From positions 672,001 through 736,000 of the forward strand of contig JAYFMW010000006.1 in NCBI GenBank assembly GCA_042408215.1: a stretch of DNA of 64,000 bases. Direction: 5' to 3'. Both the position numbers and the translations under genes were made by a program. The notes under the pieces are model-generated. The model was not told the DNA's origin. It saw only the letters and a program-made list of their open reading frames with translations, and ran no database searches. The stretch is from Microcoleus sp. (GTDB lineage Bacteria > Cyanobacteriota > Cyanobacteriia > Cyanobacteriales > Microcoleaceae). The stretch's first letter is position 1. The number at the start of each line of letters is the position of its first letter. This document shows, in pieces, positions 33,179 to 43,666 of the stretch.

Positions 33179-34771
33179 ATGCGAGTTCTACTGGTTTATC
33201 CCCTGTTTCCCAAAACATTTTGGTCTTACGAGAAAATTCTCGAATTGGTCGATCGCAAAGTGCTACTACCACCGCTGGGTTTGGTAACGGTAGCAGCTAT
33301 TTTACCACAAGAATGGGAATTTAAGTTAGTCGATCGCAACATCAGACAAATCACAGAAGCAGAATGGGAGTGGGCCGAACTTGTCATTCTCTCAGCAATG
33401 ATTGTCCAAAAAGAAGACTTGCTAGACATCATTCGCGAAGCCAAACGGCGCGGTAAATCAGTTGCTTGCGGCGGCCCCTACCCCACTTCCGTACCCGAAG
33501 AACCTCAAGCAGCGGGCATAGATTATCTGATTCTCGACGAAGGCGAAATCACCTTACCGATGTTTGTCGAAGCAATAGGGCGCGGCGAAAAAAGTGGAAT
33601 GTATCGATCGGACGGCGTAAAACCCGATGTTACCACAACCCCCGTTCCCCGCTTCGATTTACTGGAATTAGACGCCTACGACTCAATGTCAATTCAATTT
33701 TCGCGCGGCTGTCCATTCCAGTGCGAATTCTGCGACATCATCGTCCTCTACGGGCGCAAACCGCGCACCAAAAACCCCCAACAACTAATCGCAGAATTAG
33801 ACTACCTTTACAACTTGGGCTGGCGGCGCGGCGTATTCATGGTAGACGACAACTTTATCGGCAACAAACGCAGCGTCAAACTGTTGCTAAAAGACTTAAA
33901 AGTTTGGCAAGAATCACACAAATTCCCGTTTACTTTCAACACAGAAGCATCCATCGATTTAGCACAAGACCAAGAATTGATGGAAATGATGGTAGCTTGC
34001 AATTTCAATGCAGTGTTTCTAGGGATTGAAACTCCCGACGAAGAAAGCTTGCAAATGACGAAGAAATTCCAAAATACCCGCAATTCCCTGATAGAATCAG
34101 TAGAGTTGATTGCGAAAACTGGTTTGCGAGTAATGGCCGGATTTATCATCGGATTTGACGGCGAAAAACCCGGTGCCGGTCAGCGAATTGTCAAGTTTGC
34201 CGAAGCAGCCGCAATTCCCAGCACAACCTTTGGAATGCTGCAAGCTTTGCCACACACTGCATTGTCCCACAGACTAGCAAAAGAAGGGCGGTTGCGCGAC
34301 AAATCGGGAAACCTCAACCAGACTACTTTGATGAACTTCATTCCGACGCGGCCACTAGAAGATATCGCGAGGGAATATGTCCAAGCATTTTCTGATGTGT
34401 ACGATGCTGAGAAATATTTAGACCGCACTTATCGCCATTTCTTAATGTTAGGTGCACCGACAGCCAAGATACCTGCTCGAGTTCCGAGTTTGATCGATTT
34501 GCGAGCACTGTTAACTGTGGTTTGGCGGCAAGGAGTTAAGCGCAGCACTCGCTGGAAGTTTTGGCATCATTTGTTCAACATTCTCAAGCGGAATCCTGCG
34601 GTTTGGGATCATTATTTGACTGTGTGTGCTCACAACGAGCATTTTCTGGAATACCGTCAGATTGTGCGGGATGAAATTGAAGCTCAATTGGCTGAGTTTT
34701 TGGCTAATGAGTCTCAGACAGTGTATCAAGAACCTGTTTCTGTTGAGGAAAAGGAAGTGCAAGTGGTTTAG
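33179..34771 (+). CDS. B12-binding radical SAM protein (DUF4070-type C-terminus)
   Basis: PPLGL; SRGCPFQCEFC. Confidence 0.92.
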   Translation: MRVLLVYPLFPKTFWSYEKILELVDRKVLLPPLGLVTVAAILPQEWEFKLVDRNIRQITEAEWEWAELVILSAMIVQKEDLLDIIREAKRRGKSVACGGPYPTSVPEEPQAAGIDYLILDEGEITLPMFVEAIGRGEKSGMYRSDGVKPDVTTTPVPRFDLLELDAYDSMSIQFSRGCPFQCEFCDIIVLYGRKPRTKNPQQLIAELDYLYNLGWRRGVFMVDDNFIGNKRSVKLLLKDLKVWQESHKFPFTFNTEASIDLAQDQELMEMMVACNFNAVFLGIETPDEESLQMTKKFQNTRNSLIESVELIAKTGLRVMAGFIIGFDGEKPGAGQRIVKFAEAAAIPSTTFGMLQALPHTALSHRLAKEGRLRDKSGNLNQTTLMNFIPTRPLEDIAREYVQAFSDVYDAEKYLDRTYRHFLMLGAPTAKIPARVPSLIDLRALLTVVWRQGVKRSTRWKFWHHLFNILKRNPAVWDHYLTVCAHNEHFLEYRQIVRDEIEAQLAEFLANESQTVYQEPVSVEEKEVQVV

Positions 34772-34940
34772 GGTTGGAGAATTCAACCGCAGATGAACGC
34801 AGGTAAACGCAGATGAATGTAAGATTGTCTGCGTTTATTTTTTGTTAGACTTAGTTTACTGACTCAATCTCCGTATGTCTATAATGATAACTGTGGTACG
34901 ATCGACTCGAACAACTAATTTGCGACGCGGGTGTGAGTAA

Positions 34941-35387
34941 GTGATTCCAGAATTCGATGAAAACGGCAATCTACCACCGGGAGTTCATTTTTGTGAATGG
35001 GAGGAGTTTGAGGAGAGATTTGGCACGACTGTTAAAAGAGAGAACATGATACTGGGCTTGAAACTGGCAATGACCCAGTTAAAAGCAGCAGGTGCTAGAA
35101 CTATCTATATTAATGGTAGTTTTGTTACCAGTGAAGAAACCCCTAATGATTTTGATGCTTGTTACGATCGCGAAACTGTAGATAGGGAGTATTTGAGAAT
35201 TAATGCTCCTAGATTGTTTAATCATTACGATCGAAATGCCCAAAAAGCTAAGTATCGAGGGGAAATTTTTCCATCAGACCAACCTGTAGGCAATTACGGC
35301 GACAATTCCTTTGAATTTTTTCAAAAGGATAGAAGACACAGGAAGAAAGGAATTATAGGGATAGATTTAATGAGGTGGGAACCATGA
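34941..35387 (+). CDS. DUF6932-like putative nucleotidyltransferase
   Basis: GNLPPGVH, INGSFVT..PNDFD, KKGII motifs. Confidence 0.7.
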   Translation: MIPEFDENGNLPPGVHFCEWEEFEERFGTTVKRENMILGLKLAMTQLKAAGARTIYINGSFVTSEETPNDFDACYDRETVDREYLRINAPRLFNHYDRNAQKAKYRGEIFPSDQPVGNYGDNSFEFFQKDRRHRKKGIIGIDLMRWEP

Positions 35388-35903
35388 TTAAAGATGAACT
35401 AGAGTATGAAGTTAGCAAAGAATGGGTAGAGAAAGTTCAACAAAACTATAGCAGCAATGGAGCGAGATGAAGAAGCAAAAAGAAAAGACTTTCTCAAGTG
35501 GGATGCAGGTCGAGGTTCGATCCAGTGTCATTTGGATCAATTGCATGAAGAAATAGCGGAATATGAAAGATTGATGGCGTGGGACAAGAGCAAGCCGATC
35601 GAAATTGTAGTTGAGAATTTTAATAAACTGTCAGAGGCTTTAATTAAAGCTCGGATGGCTGCCAAAATGAGTGAGGAAGAACTAGCGGAAATTTTGGATA
35701 TTGACCCAGAACACATCAAGGAACACGAGAAAAAAAAATATCTAAATGCTAGTTTGAGGGAAATTCTTGATATTAGCTTGGCTTTGGGTTTGGAGTTTAA
35801 AACTGCTGTGATGCAGGTAGATTTTGAGGAAATAGAGGCTATTAAAGAATCAGCAGAAAGATGGCGCAAACGAAAAAGGGAGAAGGCAAGTAAAATGGCC
35901 TAA
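35384..35903 (+). CDS. XRE-family HTH protein; true start 35384, frameshift near 35433
   Basis: MIKDELEYEVSKEWVEK overlaps the upstream stop (ATGA); HTH-like LIKARMAAKMSEEELAEIL. Confidence 0.75.
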
Positions 35904-36116
35904 AGATTTGGATGATTTAGTCAATAAAATTGCTGAATATGTCGGCTTTGTTGGCTGTGGATTAGATAAGGCGATCGATCTTTCATTTTAGGCGGTCATC
36001 AGAAACAAGAAAGGGCGATCGATCCAGGTTGAAAAAATAGTAAGGGCGATCGCACTATCCGTGCAATCATCGCATTAGAATAGTGGAAATAGAATAAGAT
36101 TGTGAGCGGTCAACAA

Positions 36117-36347
36117 ATGGCACAAATTACCACAACAGAATTACCCCAAACCCTCCAGACTCTATTGATAGAGGTCGAACGTACCAAAACCCCTCTAACC
36201 GTCATCCATGAAGGAAAAGCATTAGTAATTATTTATCCTGCGACCACCCAAACTCTACGTCCCAGCTTTGGCGCAATGAAAGGAAGCGGTGAAATATTAG
36301 GAGATTTAATTGCTCCTGTCGCCGAACCGTGGGAGGTTTTAGAATGA
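36117..36347 (+). CDS. Phd/YefM-like antitoxin
   Basis: Small ORF with RPSFGAMKG, overlapping the PIN gene start (ATGA). Confidence 0.78.
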   Translation: MAQITTTELPQTLQTLLIEVERTKTPLTVIHEGKALVIIYPATTQTLRPSFGAMKGSGEILGDLIAPVAEPWEVLE

Positions 36348-36733
36348 AACTTTTACTGGATACCCACATTTGGCTGTGGTATTTACTCGGCGACCCGCGC
36401 CTATCGCGATCGCTTCAAACGGCGATCGCCGATTCTAACACCGAACTTTGGCTGAGTCCAATTAGCATTTGGGAGACACTCATCCTTGCAGAAAAAGGAC
36501 GGATATCTTTACAGCCAGATCCTGTAACATGGGTTAACTTAGCTTTAAAAACTTTGGAAACTCGTGAAGCCCAAATGAATCACTCCATTGCGATTTTAAG
36601 TCGCGAAATTGCACTGCCTCATCAAGACCCCGCAGACCGATTCATTAGTGCCACAGCTATTTACTATGGCTTAACATTAGCTACAGTTGATGCCAACCTT
36701 ACAGGCAATTCGGCACTACAAACACTCGGTTAG
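36344..36733 (+). CDS. VapC PIN-domain toxin
   Basis: LLLDTHIWLW, SPISIWE, HQDPADRFI, ATVD motifs. Confidence 0.92.
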   Translation: MKLLLDTHIWLWYLLGDPRLSRSLQTAIADSNTELWLSPISIWETLILAEKGRISLQPDPVTWVNLALKTLETREAQMNHSIAILSREIALPHQDPADRFISATAIYYGLTLATVDANLTGNSALQTLG

Positions 36734-36763
36734 GCAATAGCGTAATCAAGCCATACAACTTTA

Positions 36764-37204
36764 CTATCCTCTAATTGCTTGTTCTGCTGCTCTCTCAAAT
36801 TCATCGCATTTGTTGATCAGGGTTTGAACAATCTTGATGAAGTAATTGATATCCAGTAAACTGATTTCTGCATTGTGCATTATCGAAAAAACCTGCCTTC
36901 CACCAATTTCCTCTAGACACCAAAACCCAGTTTTATACTTACTACTCTCCTTAAGAAGATATGACGAAAGTTGATGAGGAATATAATCAAAACTATCAAA
37001 TTTTAAACCGCTCGGACAAGAAAACTCCAAGGTTGTGTCGTATCTCAAGATAAACACTGTCTGCGTACTTCCCGAAGCCATGTTAAATTTTATGACTGCC
37101 TTGTTAGAGTTGATGTCAGCAATTCTCCAGCCAATTTGATTGCAATATCCTCTGACTGTTGCCTGAAAGTTGTTATACGAAAACAAATCTTTTTCAATTG
37201 CCAT
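36764..37204 (-). CDS. Hypothetical protein, possibly YbjN/secretion-chaperone fold
   Basis: GSTQTVFI...LEFS...GFWCL and a C-terminal helix ending CDEFE; GGAG RBS. Confidence 0.55.
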   Translation of the reverse strand: MAIEKDLFSYNNFQATVRGYCNQIGWRIADINSNKAVIKFNMASGSTQTVFILRYDTTLEFSCPSGLKFDSFDYIPHQLSSYLLKESSKYKTGFWCLEEIGGRQVFSIMHNAEISLLDINYFIKIVQTLINKCDEFERAAEQAIRG

Positions 37205-37336
37205 CTACTCCTCCTAAAGTTAATGATAGTTATGAATGTAAATTACATGACAGTAGATACCTGATTGGCTGGCAAGGGATAATCTTGCCAGTTGTGCTAG
37301 TTTTGGCTAAAATTTATCAGCATTTAGGTTGACTGT

Positions 37337-37678
37337 CTAAACAAACCATATACTATCAACTGTTTTACCTCCTATACCTATATCAACTCGGTAGGTTTCT
37401 CGAGAATATTGGAATTCTCTCCGTGCAGCAGTTATATCCCCATTACCCTCATAACTTGTTCCTCTATTGTTTCCAAGCCAAGTAACCACTTTATCTACAG
37501 TAGCTTCAAAATCTTCATGAGCTTTTTTAGGCAGTTCAGGTGATGTTACTTTACTTTTTAACCCTTGGACCACAGCGACAGCTTCGCTATAAGTTGGGGG
37601 CTGAGAAAATTGTTGGTCTGATGTGGCTATATTTTCTCTATTCTTTTGCAATTGAGCATAGAATCTATATGTACTCAT
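37337..37678 (-). CDS. Hypothetical protein
   Basis: 113-aa ORF with a GGGAG RBS; no family recognised. Confidence 0.65.
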   Translation of the reverse strand: MSTYRFYAQLQKNRENIATSDQQFSQPPTYSEAVAVVQGLKSKVTSPELPKKAHEDFEATVDKVVTWLGNNRGTSYEGNGDITAARREFQYSRETYRVDIGIGGKTVDSIWFV

Positions 37679-37903
37679 GTCTTACTCCCTTGAATCGAGT
37701 TACTCTCGTAAATATTTCTCTTATTTTCCTTACAAATCAAAGCTTTGTCTACCCCCCAAATGCTCGATTTTGTTAGCAATTTTGTTGGCTACTCCAACTC
37801 CCCCTGTGTGAAAAATGCCAGAAAATGTTGGGAAATGCCAGAAAATGTTGGTAAATGTTCGGTATAATACGCAACCAATCCCAGACATCCACCCGACTGC
37901 TGC

Positions 37904-39283
37904 ATGAATCTTAAGGAAGTGTTAAAAATGGCTGACGAGATGGTGTTTGCTAAGACGGGTGAAGCATCTCGATAACTTACAAGAGGCAATCCTGCGCGGG
38001 ACTCTGGCAAGGTGAGGACATACACCCAGATTGCCAAGGAAGTTAAGCACTCTGACTGAGAGCTAGTGTCAGGGAGGTAGGACTCGAAGTTATGGCAGAT
38101 ACTTTCAGAAGAGTTAGGGGAAAAAGTTAAGAAATCAAATTTTCGAGCAGCAATGGAGAGGTTGCAAATTCAATATTTTCACATTTTGCACAAGAAGACG
38201 CTGCAAATTGGTAGCGTTAACTATCTGTGGAGAGCAGACACCAGAGATCCAAACTCACATCCACCAAATCAAGAAACATCTAACCCAAAACAAACCAAAA
38301 CTCTACATCAAGATTTAAGCGAAATGCCAGAGTTGGGTGATTTCTTCGATCGCACCCCTCAACTCCAAACCCTCACAACCTGGATTCTACAACAAAACAG
38401 CCGCCTCATCACCCTCACAGGCATCAGCGGCATCGGCAAAACAACCCTAGCAGTAAAACTCGTACAACAAATTAAAGACGAGTTTGAGTACGTTATTTGG
38501 TGCAGCATAAACGCATCCCACACCCTAGATGAATTTCAACATAAACTAATACAGTTGTTTTCCCAGTCAGAAAAACAAGATTTATCCCTAACAAACCAGA
38601 AACGCTTACCCCTAATTAAATATTTACAAAACCATCGCTGTTTAGTAGTCTTGGATGACGTTCACAACCTTTTCTGTAGCGGCGAATCGGCAGGAAAGTA
38701 TAAACCAGACTACGAAGAATATCGCTCCCTATTCAAACAGATAGAAAAATTATCCCATCAAAGTTGCTTTCTGCTAATCGGTTGGGAACAACCGAGAGAA
38801 GTGACTCAATTTAAAAACCCAAATACTCCCATTCGTACCTTACAACTCAAAGGTTTAGACATCGCAGCCGGACGGGAAATCCTGAGAGATTGTGGGTTAG
38901 AAGAACTCGACAACAGTGAAGCACTCATTCAGCGCTATGAAGGCAATCCGCTATGGTTAAAAAGTGTGGCGAATCTGATTCAAGAGTTGGGAATCGGCGT
39001 GACAGAATTATTACTAGATGATACCATATTGTTGCCGGAAGATTTGAAAGATGTTTTACAGCAGCAGTGCGATCGCACTTCCGAACTCGAACAACAAGTT
39101 ATGTCATTGTTGGCGACAGCAAACCAGCCAGTCAACCTAGCAAAATTGCTAGAAAAAGGACAAATATCATCATCAGATTTACTCAACGCGCTCCAATCTT
39201 TATCGCGGCGTTGCTTCATCGAAAAACAAGAAAATCTTTACACTTTGTCACCTGTACTGAAGCAGTATATCAAAGGGTTGTAA
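37904..39283 (+). pseudogene. NB-ARC/STAND ATPase with an N-terminal HTH (vMAP-N-like); several frameshifts in 37960-38250
   Basis: MNLKEVLKMADEMVFAKTG..HLDNLQEAILRG pieces in shifting frames; GISGIGKTT, VVLDD and YEGNPL motifs. Confidence 0.75.
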
Positions 39284-39484
39284 CTGATATTGGGGGCCAG
39301 AAACCGGGTTTTTTACGAAAATATTTCGTTCCCGCCCGCAGATTCGGTAAAAAACCCGGTTTCTTTGCGGGCGAGTTCGTAAGCCCTGTATTAAATAGAT
39401 CGAGAGGGCGATCGCACCTCCCAACCGAGGCTTTTTTCCGACTGCTGTCGATCATGTAGGTTAATTAAAACTTCATTAATCTCA

Positions 39485-40906
39485 CTAATTAAGTACCGCG
39501 ATCGCAGTCAAACCCCATCGATTTTTATTTTTATCAAACCTTTTGACAACAGCAAGATTAACTGTTTGATCATTTTGCAACTGAGAAGCTAATTCATGAG
39601 GAACATGAACATCCTCTACAAACCCAAAACCCTTTTGATGCAAGCGAAACCGACCTGTTTTACAAGACATACTATCAAATAGTTTGCCCGATTCGCGTTT
39701 CTCAACAGCAACCACCGTTAGCCGATCGCCATTCTCATCAACAGTCACTATCACCGGCGCGCCCATTAGCAGATTTAAATTCTTCAGCATTCCTCGTTCT
39801 GGACTAACAACTTCTTCAGATACACTATCAGAATGCAATCCAAACTTGAGCATCATCTTGCCAGTTTTTGCTGTAAACGAGCCGAGGTAGTTAGCATTCA
39901 ATTGCGGGCAATTTTGCCAAATCACCTTTTCGGCATCAGCAGCTATATTTTCTAACACTTCCTCTGCGTTAGATATATTTCCAGCACCAGCATACCAACT
40001 AGCAGTCAAGAGATTACGGAGCGATTGGGGGATTTTCCATTTGTTACTGTTACGAACATTAAAAGCTCGATCGGCAGCCCATTTAGCAACTTTCTCTTGG
40101 CCTCTATTTGCTGCGAGTCGGCTGAGATCCTCAAAAACGCTAACACCAAAATTTTCATCCCTGCAAGTCAAACAGGCTTTTGCACAAAGTGCCAACGCTA
40201 GTTGAGGATCGGAAGTTTCCACGACTTTAGCTAATGCGTGCCACGCCCAGTAATCGCTACGCTTCTGCTTCACAAAGGAAACCAGAAGTTTTTGAGCTTC
40301 TGTCGATCGCCCCAAACGATTTAGCAATAAAGCCTTACGATAATTTAGCCATTCCGGTTTTTGAACTTTAGCGCGATCGAGTGCAACATCGATCAATGTA
40401 ATGGCAAAATTTTGTAATTCTCGTGTATCAGGATAATCTTGAACAGTCAATTCACAAGCAATCTTTCCTACTTCCCTTGCTGTTTTCTCAACCAGCGAAT
40501 CAAAAACTTTACCATCATTAGCAGTAGAAACCTGAAAGTCTTCCGCTTGAAAACTATCAACACCAGCCCATTTTAGGAACTTTGGTAAAAACTTGATTTG
40601 CTTTGGAAATCGTAGAATTTGGGATAGCAAACGACTAAATAGCAAATCCGGTCGATTCAGCTTGAGTTTGTAATATTCTCCCAATATTTCCTTGAGTTGG
40701 CTAACAGACGACTCTGCATCTATCGATTGAGATTGATTAGCCGTATCTACCAGCTTTTTTACTTTGTCATAGAGAACCCAACCTACACTGCTAGCCAGGA
40801 ATTTGTCGTTTGGATGCTGTTTCAGCAGTTCGTAACCTCTGGAATAGGCTTCATCTATCCGTCCAGCTTTTCTCAAATTTTTGATTTCTTCTGTTAAATT
40901 CGACAT
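39485..40906 (-). CDS. TPR-repeat protein with C-terminal OB/S1-CSD-like domains (DUF7017/TOTE-like)
   Basis: LRKAG..DEAY, GWVLYD, RPDLLFS, YWAWHALA, C-terminal KGFGFVEDVHVP. Confidence 0.75.
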   Translation of the reverse strand: MSNLTEEIKNLRKAGRIDEAYSRGYELLKQHPNDKFLASSVGWVLYDKVKKLVDTANQSQSIDAESSVSQLKEILGEYYKLKLNRPDLLFSRLLSQILRFPKQIKFLPKFLKWAGVDSFQAEDFQVSTANDGKVFDSLVEKTAREVGKIACELTVQDYPDTRELQNFAITLIDVALDRAKVQKPEWLNYRKALLLNRLGRSTEAQKLLVSFVKQKRSDYWAWHALAKVVETSDPQLALALCAKACLTCRDENFGVSVFEDLSRLAANRGQEKVAKWAADRAFNVRNSNKWKIPQSLRNLLTASWYAGAGNISNAEEVLENIAADAEKVIWQNCPQLNANYLGSFTAKTGKMMLKFGLHSDSVSEEVVSPERGMLKNLNLLMGAPVIVTVDENGDRLTVVAVEKRESGKLFDSMSCKTGRFRLHQKGFGFVEDVHVPHELASQLQNDQTVNLAVVKRFDKNKNRWGLTAIAVLN

Positions 40907-40908
40907 TT

Positions 40909-42942
40909 TTATAACTCCAGTGCGAGGTGAACTAATTCTACAACTTGTACATTTGTGTATCCGATCGGGAAAACTTGCGTCACAAAACCATCTCCATCGT
41001 AGAAAACTTGCATTTTGAGAGCGCCCATGTCTGATTTGAGATAGTAAATTTCGTGATAATCATGGTGTTCAATTCCCTGAATTACTATTTTGTGTGGGTC
41101 GAGTTTGGCTTTAATTAGATCGTGAACTGTTTGCTGAAATTCATTTCCTAATCGCAGTTTTGATGTGATAGCATCCACAACGACAGTGGCAAATTCAATC
41201 GGCTCAGATTTCACAGTTTCAATTCGCGTCACCTGAAATTTTCCATTATAATGCAAGCGAAGAGAACACATTTCTGTATCGTCTTCTGAGCTAAAACCAT
41301 AAACTTCCTGATAACTATTATGCTTGTATGAAATTACCTGAATTCTATGAAATGTAAGACTTTCCGCGATATGCAAGTAAAGATTTTTTAAAGGTTTTTC
41401 CAGGATAGGGAAAGCCGAAATATTTGCATTACCTGATTCTGAATCAGGGTCAAATGCAATGATATCCTTGAAAACAACAGAATCTAGCTTGCCTTGACTG
41501 CCGTTCCAAGTTGCTTTAAAAAATGGTGTAATCGAGGAAAAATTCAGGATAAAAAGTCGATTTTGGACTACAGAAAACAAGGTATAAACCCATCGAAAAT
41601 AAGTGGCATTTGTTTGTCCCTGGCCAGTCTCCATATTCGCGATCGCAGTTTTAAACTTCTGCCCCTGGGCGCGATGCAGAGTCAGCGCGTACCCAAACCT
41701 CAGACGCGCTGCGTTTAAGTACGGATCGTTGCGTAGAAACTTTGCTTCGCTAGAATTGTCCGATTCCTCTGATTCTATTACCTGTTTCTGCTGTTGTTTA
41801 AATCTGGTTGTTGCTGAAACCCGCAGAGCTACAAGTGTGTCCTTGTCAAATTCTGGTTTTTCCGCATATAAATAATCGCTCAAGCAGAGGAACTCGACCT
41901 CTTTACCGTTCTCAAGTAGCCGCACTCTAATCCGCAAAAAATTTATCTGAATTGGCTGTTCGCGTCCTTTCAGCGGTTGGATTAAGGGTGTATTGGGATT
42001 AACTTCTATGACTTCAGCAAAAGAGTTATTTGATATATAAGTTTGCTCTAGCTTTTGTTCATCTACTTCGACAGGACTATTGTGGATATGTACAATATCA
42101 CCTGCAACGATCTCTTTACCTCGACCAAAAAACTCTTGTCTAACCTGATGATTAATGCGGTTAACCAATTCGTTGGTGAAAACTATAAACTTGGTAAATC
42201 TGGAATCTTCCAGGAATACAGCTTTCGATATCTCCTGTTGGCGATCGCGATCGACTATTTGGATGCAATTCGAGTCATCGGCGATCGCTCTGAGCTGATT
42301 AAATCTGCTAAAATGTATGCTTTGAGCGATTTGTTGACAATTTTTGACAAACAAATTTTGCTGTTGGTCTGGAAGTATAAACTCAAGATTGATGCGATCG
42401 ATCTCACCGCATATCGCAGCCTGCAATCGCTCGTAACACAGCGCAGATTCATCTGTTTTACCTCTCGTTAGCTGAAACGGATCGCCCAGAAAAATCACCT
42501 GTCTTTGAGTCTTTTCAATTTCCGTATATTCCAAAAAATCCGTGATAAGTTTTCCGCTACCGTAACGAAAAACATCAGTTTCAAACTGTGAATCGGATAT
42601 CAAGTGGGCATCACCGACGATGTAAACCTGTTGCTCTGTATCCTGATTTTTGTTCAATCCATATACAAGCTGATCCTTCTCTACTTTATAATTTTTTGTG
42701 AAGATATGCGAGTAAATACTCTTTGACTCTACTGGATAAAGAGACGCAATTTTACTATTAGGAGCAAGCACAGAGTAATTTCGGCTTAATGATCTAGATG
42801 TATCGACCATAGCTTTTTGTAGAAGATGCAGGCCAGTTCCAATCATGCCAGTAACGATTAAAATCTTCTTTGAGGAACCTAAAAATTCCTCAACGCGAGC
42901 GACTACAGATTCTAGAGACTCAGGTAACTCAAGTTTAGCCAT
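40909..42942 (-). CDS. RecD/SF1 helicase-like protein with degenerate Walker motifs and a duplicated C-terminal domain
   Basis: FLGDPFQL, FGYALTLHRAQG, RWVYT motifs; the Walker A position reads GMIGTGLH. Confidence 0.75.
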   Translation of the reverse strand: MAKLELPESLESVVARVEEFLGSSKKILIVTGMIGTGLHLLQKAMVDTSRSLSRNYSVLAPNSKIASLYPVESKSIYSHIFTKNYKVEKDQLVYGLNKNQDTEQQVYIVGDAHLISDSQFETDVFRYGSGKLITDFLEYTEIEKTQRQVIFLGDPFQLTRGKTDESALCYERLQAAICGEIDRINLEFILPDQQQNLFVKNCQQIAQSIHFSRFNQLRAIADDSNCIQIVDRDRQQEISKAVFLEDSRFTKFIVFTNELVNRINHQVRQEFFGRGKEIVAGDIVHIHNSPVEVDEQKLEQTYISNNSFAEVIEVNPNTPLIQPLKGREQPIQINFLRIRVRLLENGKEVEFLCLSDYLYAEKPEFDKDTLVALRVSATTRFKQQQKQVIESEESDNSSEAKFLRNDPYLNAARLRFGYALTLHRAQGQKFKTAIANMETGQGQTNATYFRWVYTLFSVVQNRLFILNFSSITPFFKATWNGSQGKLDSVVFKDIIAFDPDSESGNANISAFPILEKPLKNLYLHIAESLTFHRIQVISYKHNSYQEVYGFSSEDDTEMCSLRLHYNGKFQVTRIETVKSEPIEFATVVVDAITSKLRLGNEFQQTVHDLIKAKLDPHKIVIQGIEHHDYHEIYYLKSDMGALKMQVFYDGDGFVTQVFPIGYTNVQVVELVHLALEL

Positions 42943-42943
42943 A

Positions 42944-43076
42944 TAGCAATCCTAAATCATTCATGAGGATTTGTAGGGGTAGTGCCCCGTGCCTACCCCA
43001 GCATAAGCGGGGCAACCACGGGGAGTAGGGGTCGGATTGCCCCTACAAAAATTACACAACTGATTTAGGATTGCCA
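42944..43076. mobile_element. MITE with terminal inverted repeats and a TA target duplication
   Basis: TA|TAGCAATCCTAAATCA...TGATTTAGGATTGCCA|TA. Confidence 0.8.
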
Positions 43077-43666
43077 TAGCTCAATGACGATTAACTTTAC
43101 TAGCCGAATATTCTCACAGGTTGAGTACCACTAGCAATAGTTTTCAGGGAAAAGCAGTTTTTCTCAGTGATTCAGTAACGATCTCAATTTTTCTGTATCC
43201 TATATTACATGGAACTATCGGATTATTTGTGGCGGGCAAAAGTGCGGAGGTTCCCGCAATCCTAAGAGCTGTAAACCTTGGCTGCGAGAAAAATCCGGCG
43301 TTCCGACTCGCATCGGAACGGCTGGTTGATCGGCATAGGAGTTACCTCGGAGCGCGCGGTGTCCGTTGATACTGGTTGGTCGGGCAAACGGCTGAACTCA
43401 CCCGCATACTAAAAAACGCAGATGATTTAGAATCATCTGCGTTCATATGCGGTTTAATTAAACAGGAATTACGCACTGCGAATAAAGAAACCGGGTTTTT
43501 CCGAATTTGTCGGCTACAGCGAACTATTCTCATAAAAACCCGGTTTCTGGGTTACCTCCCAATAAAGAAACCGGGTTTTTTCCGAATTTGTCGGCTACAG
43601 CCAATTATTCTCATAAAAACCCGGTTTCTGGGCCTTATGCTTAAGTCCTATTAAATCCTGTTAAAC

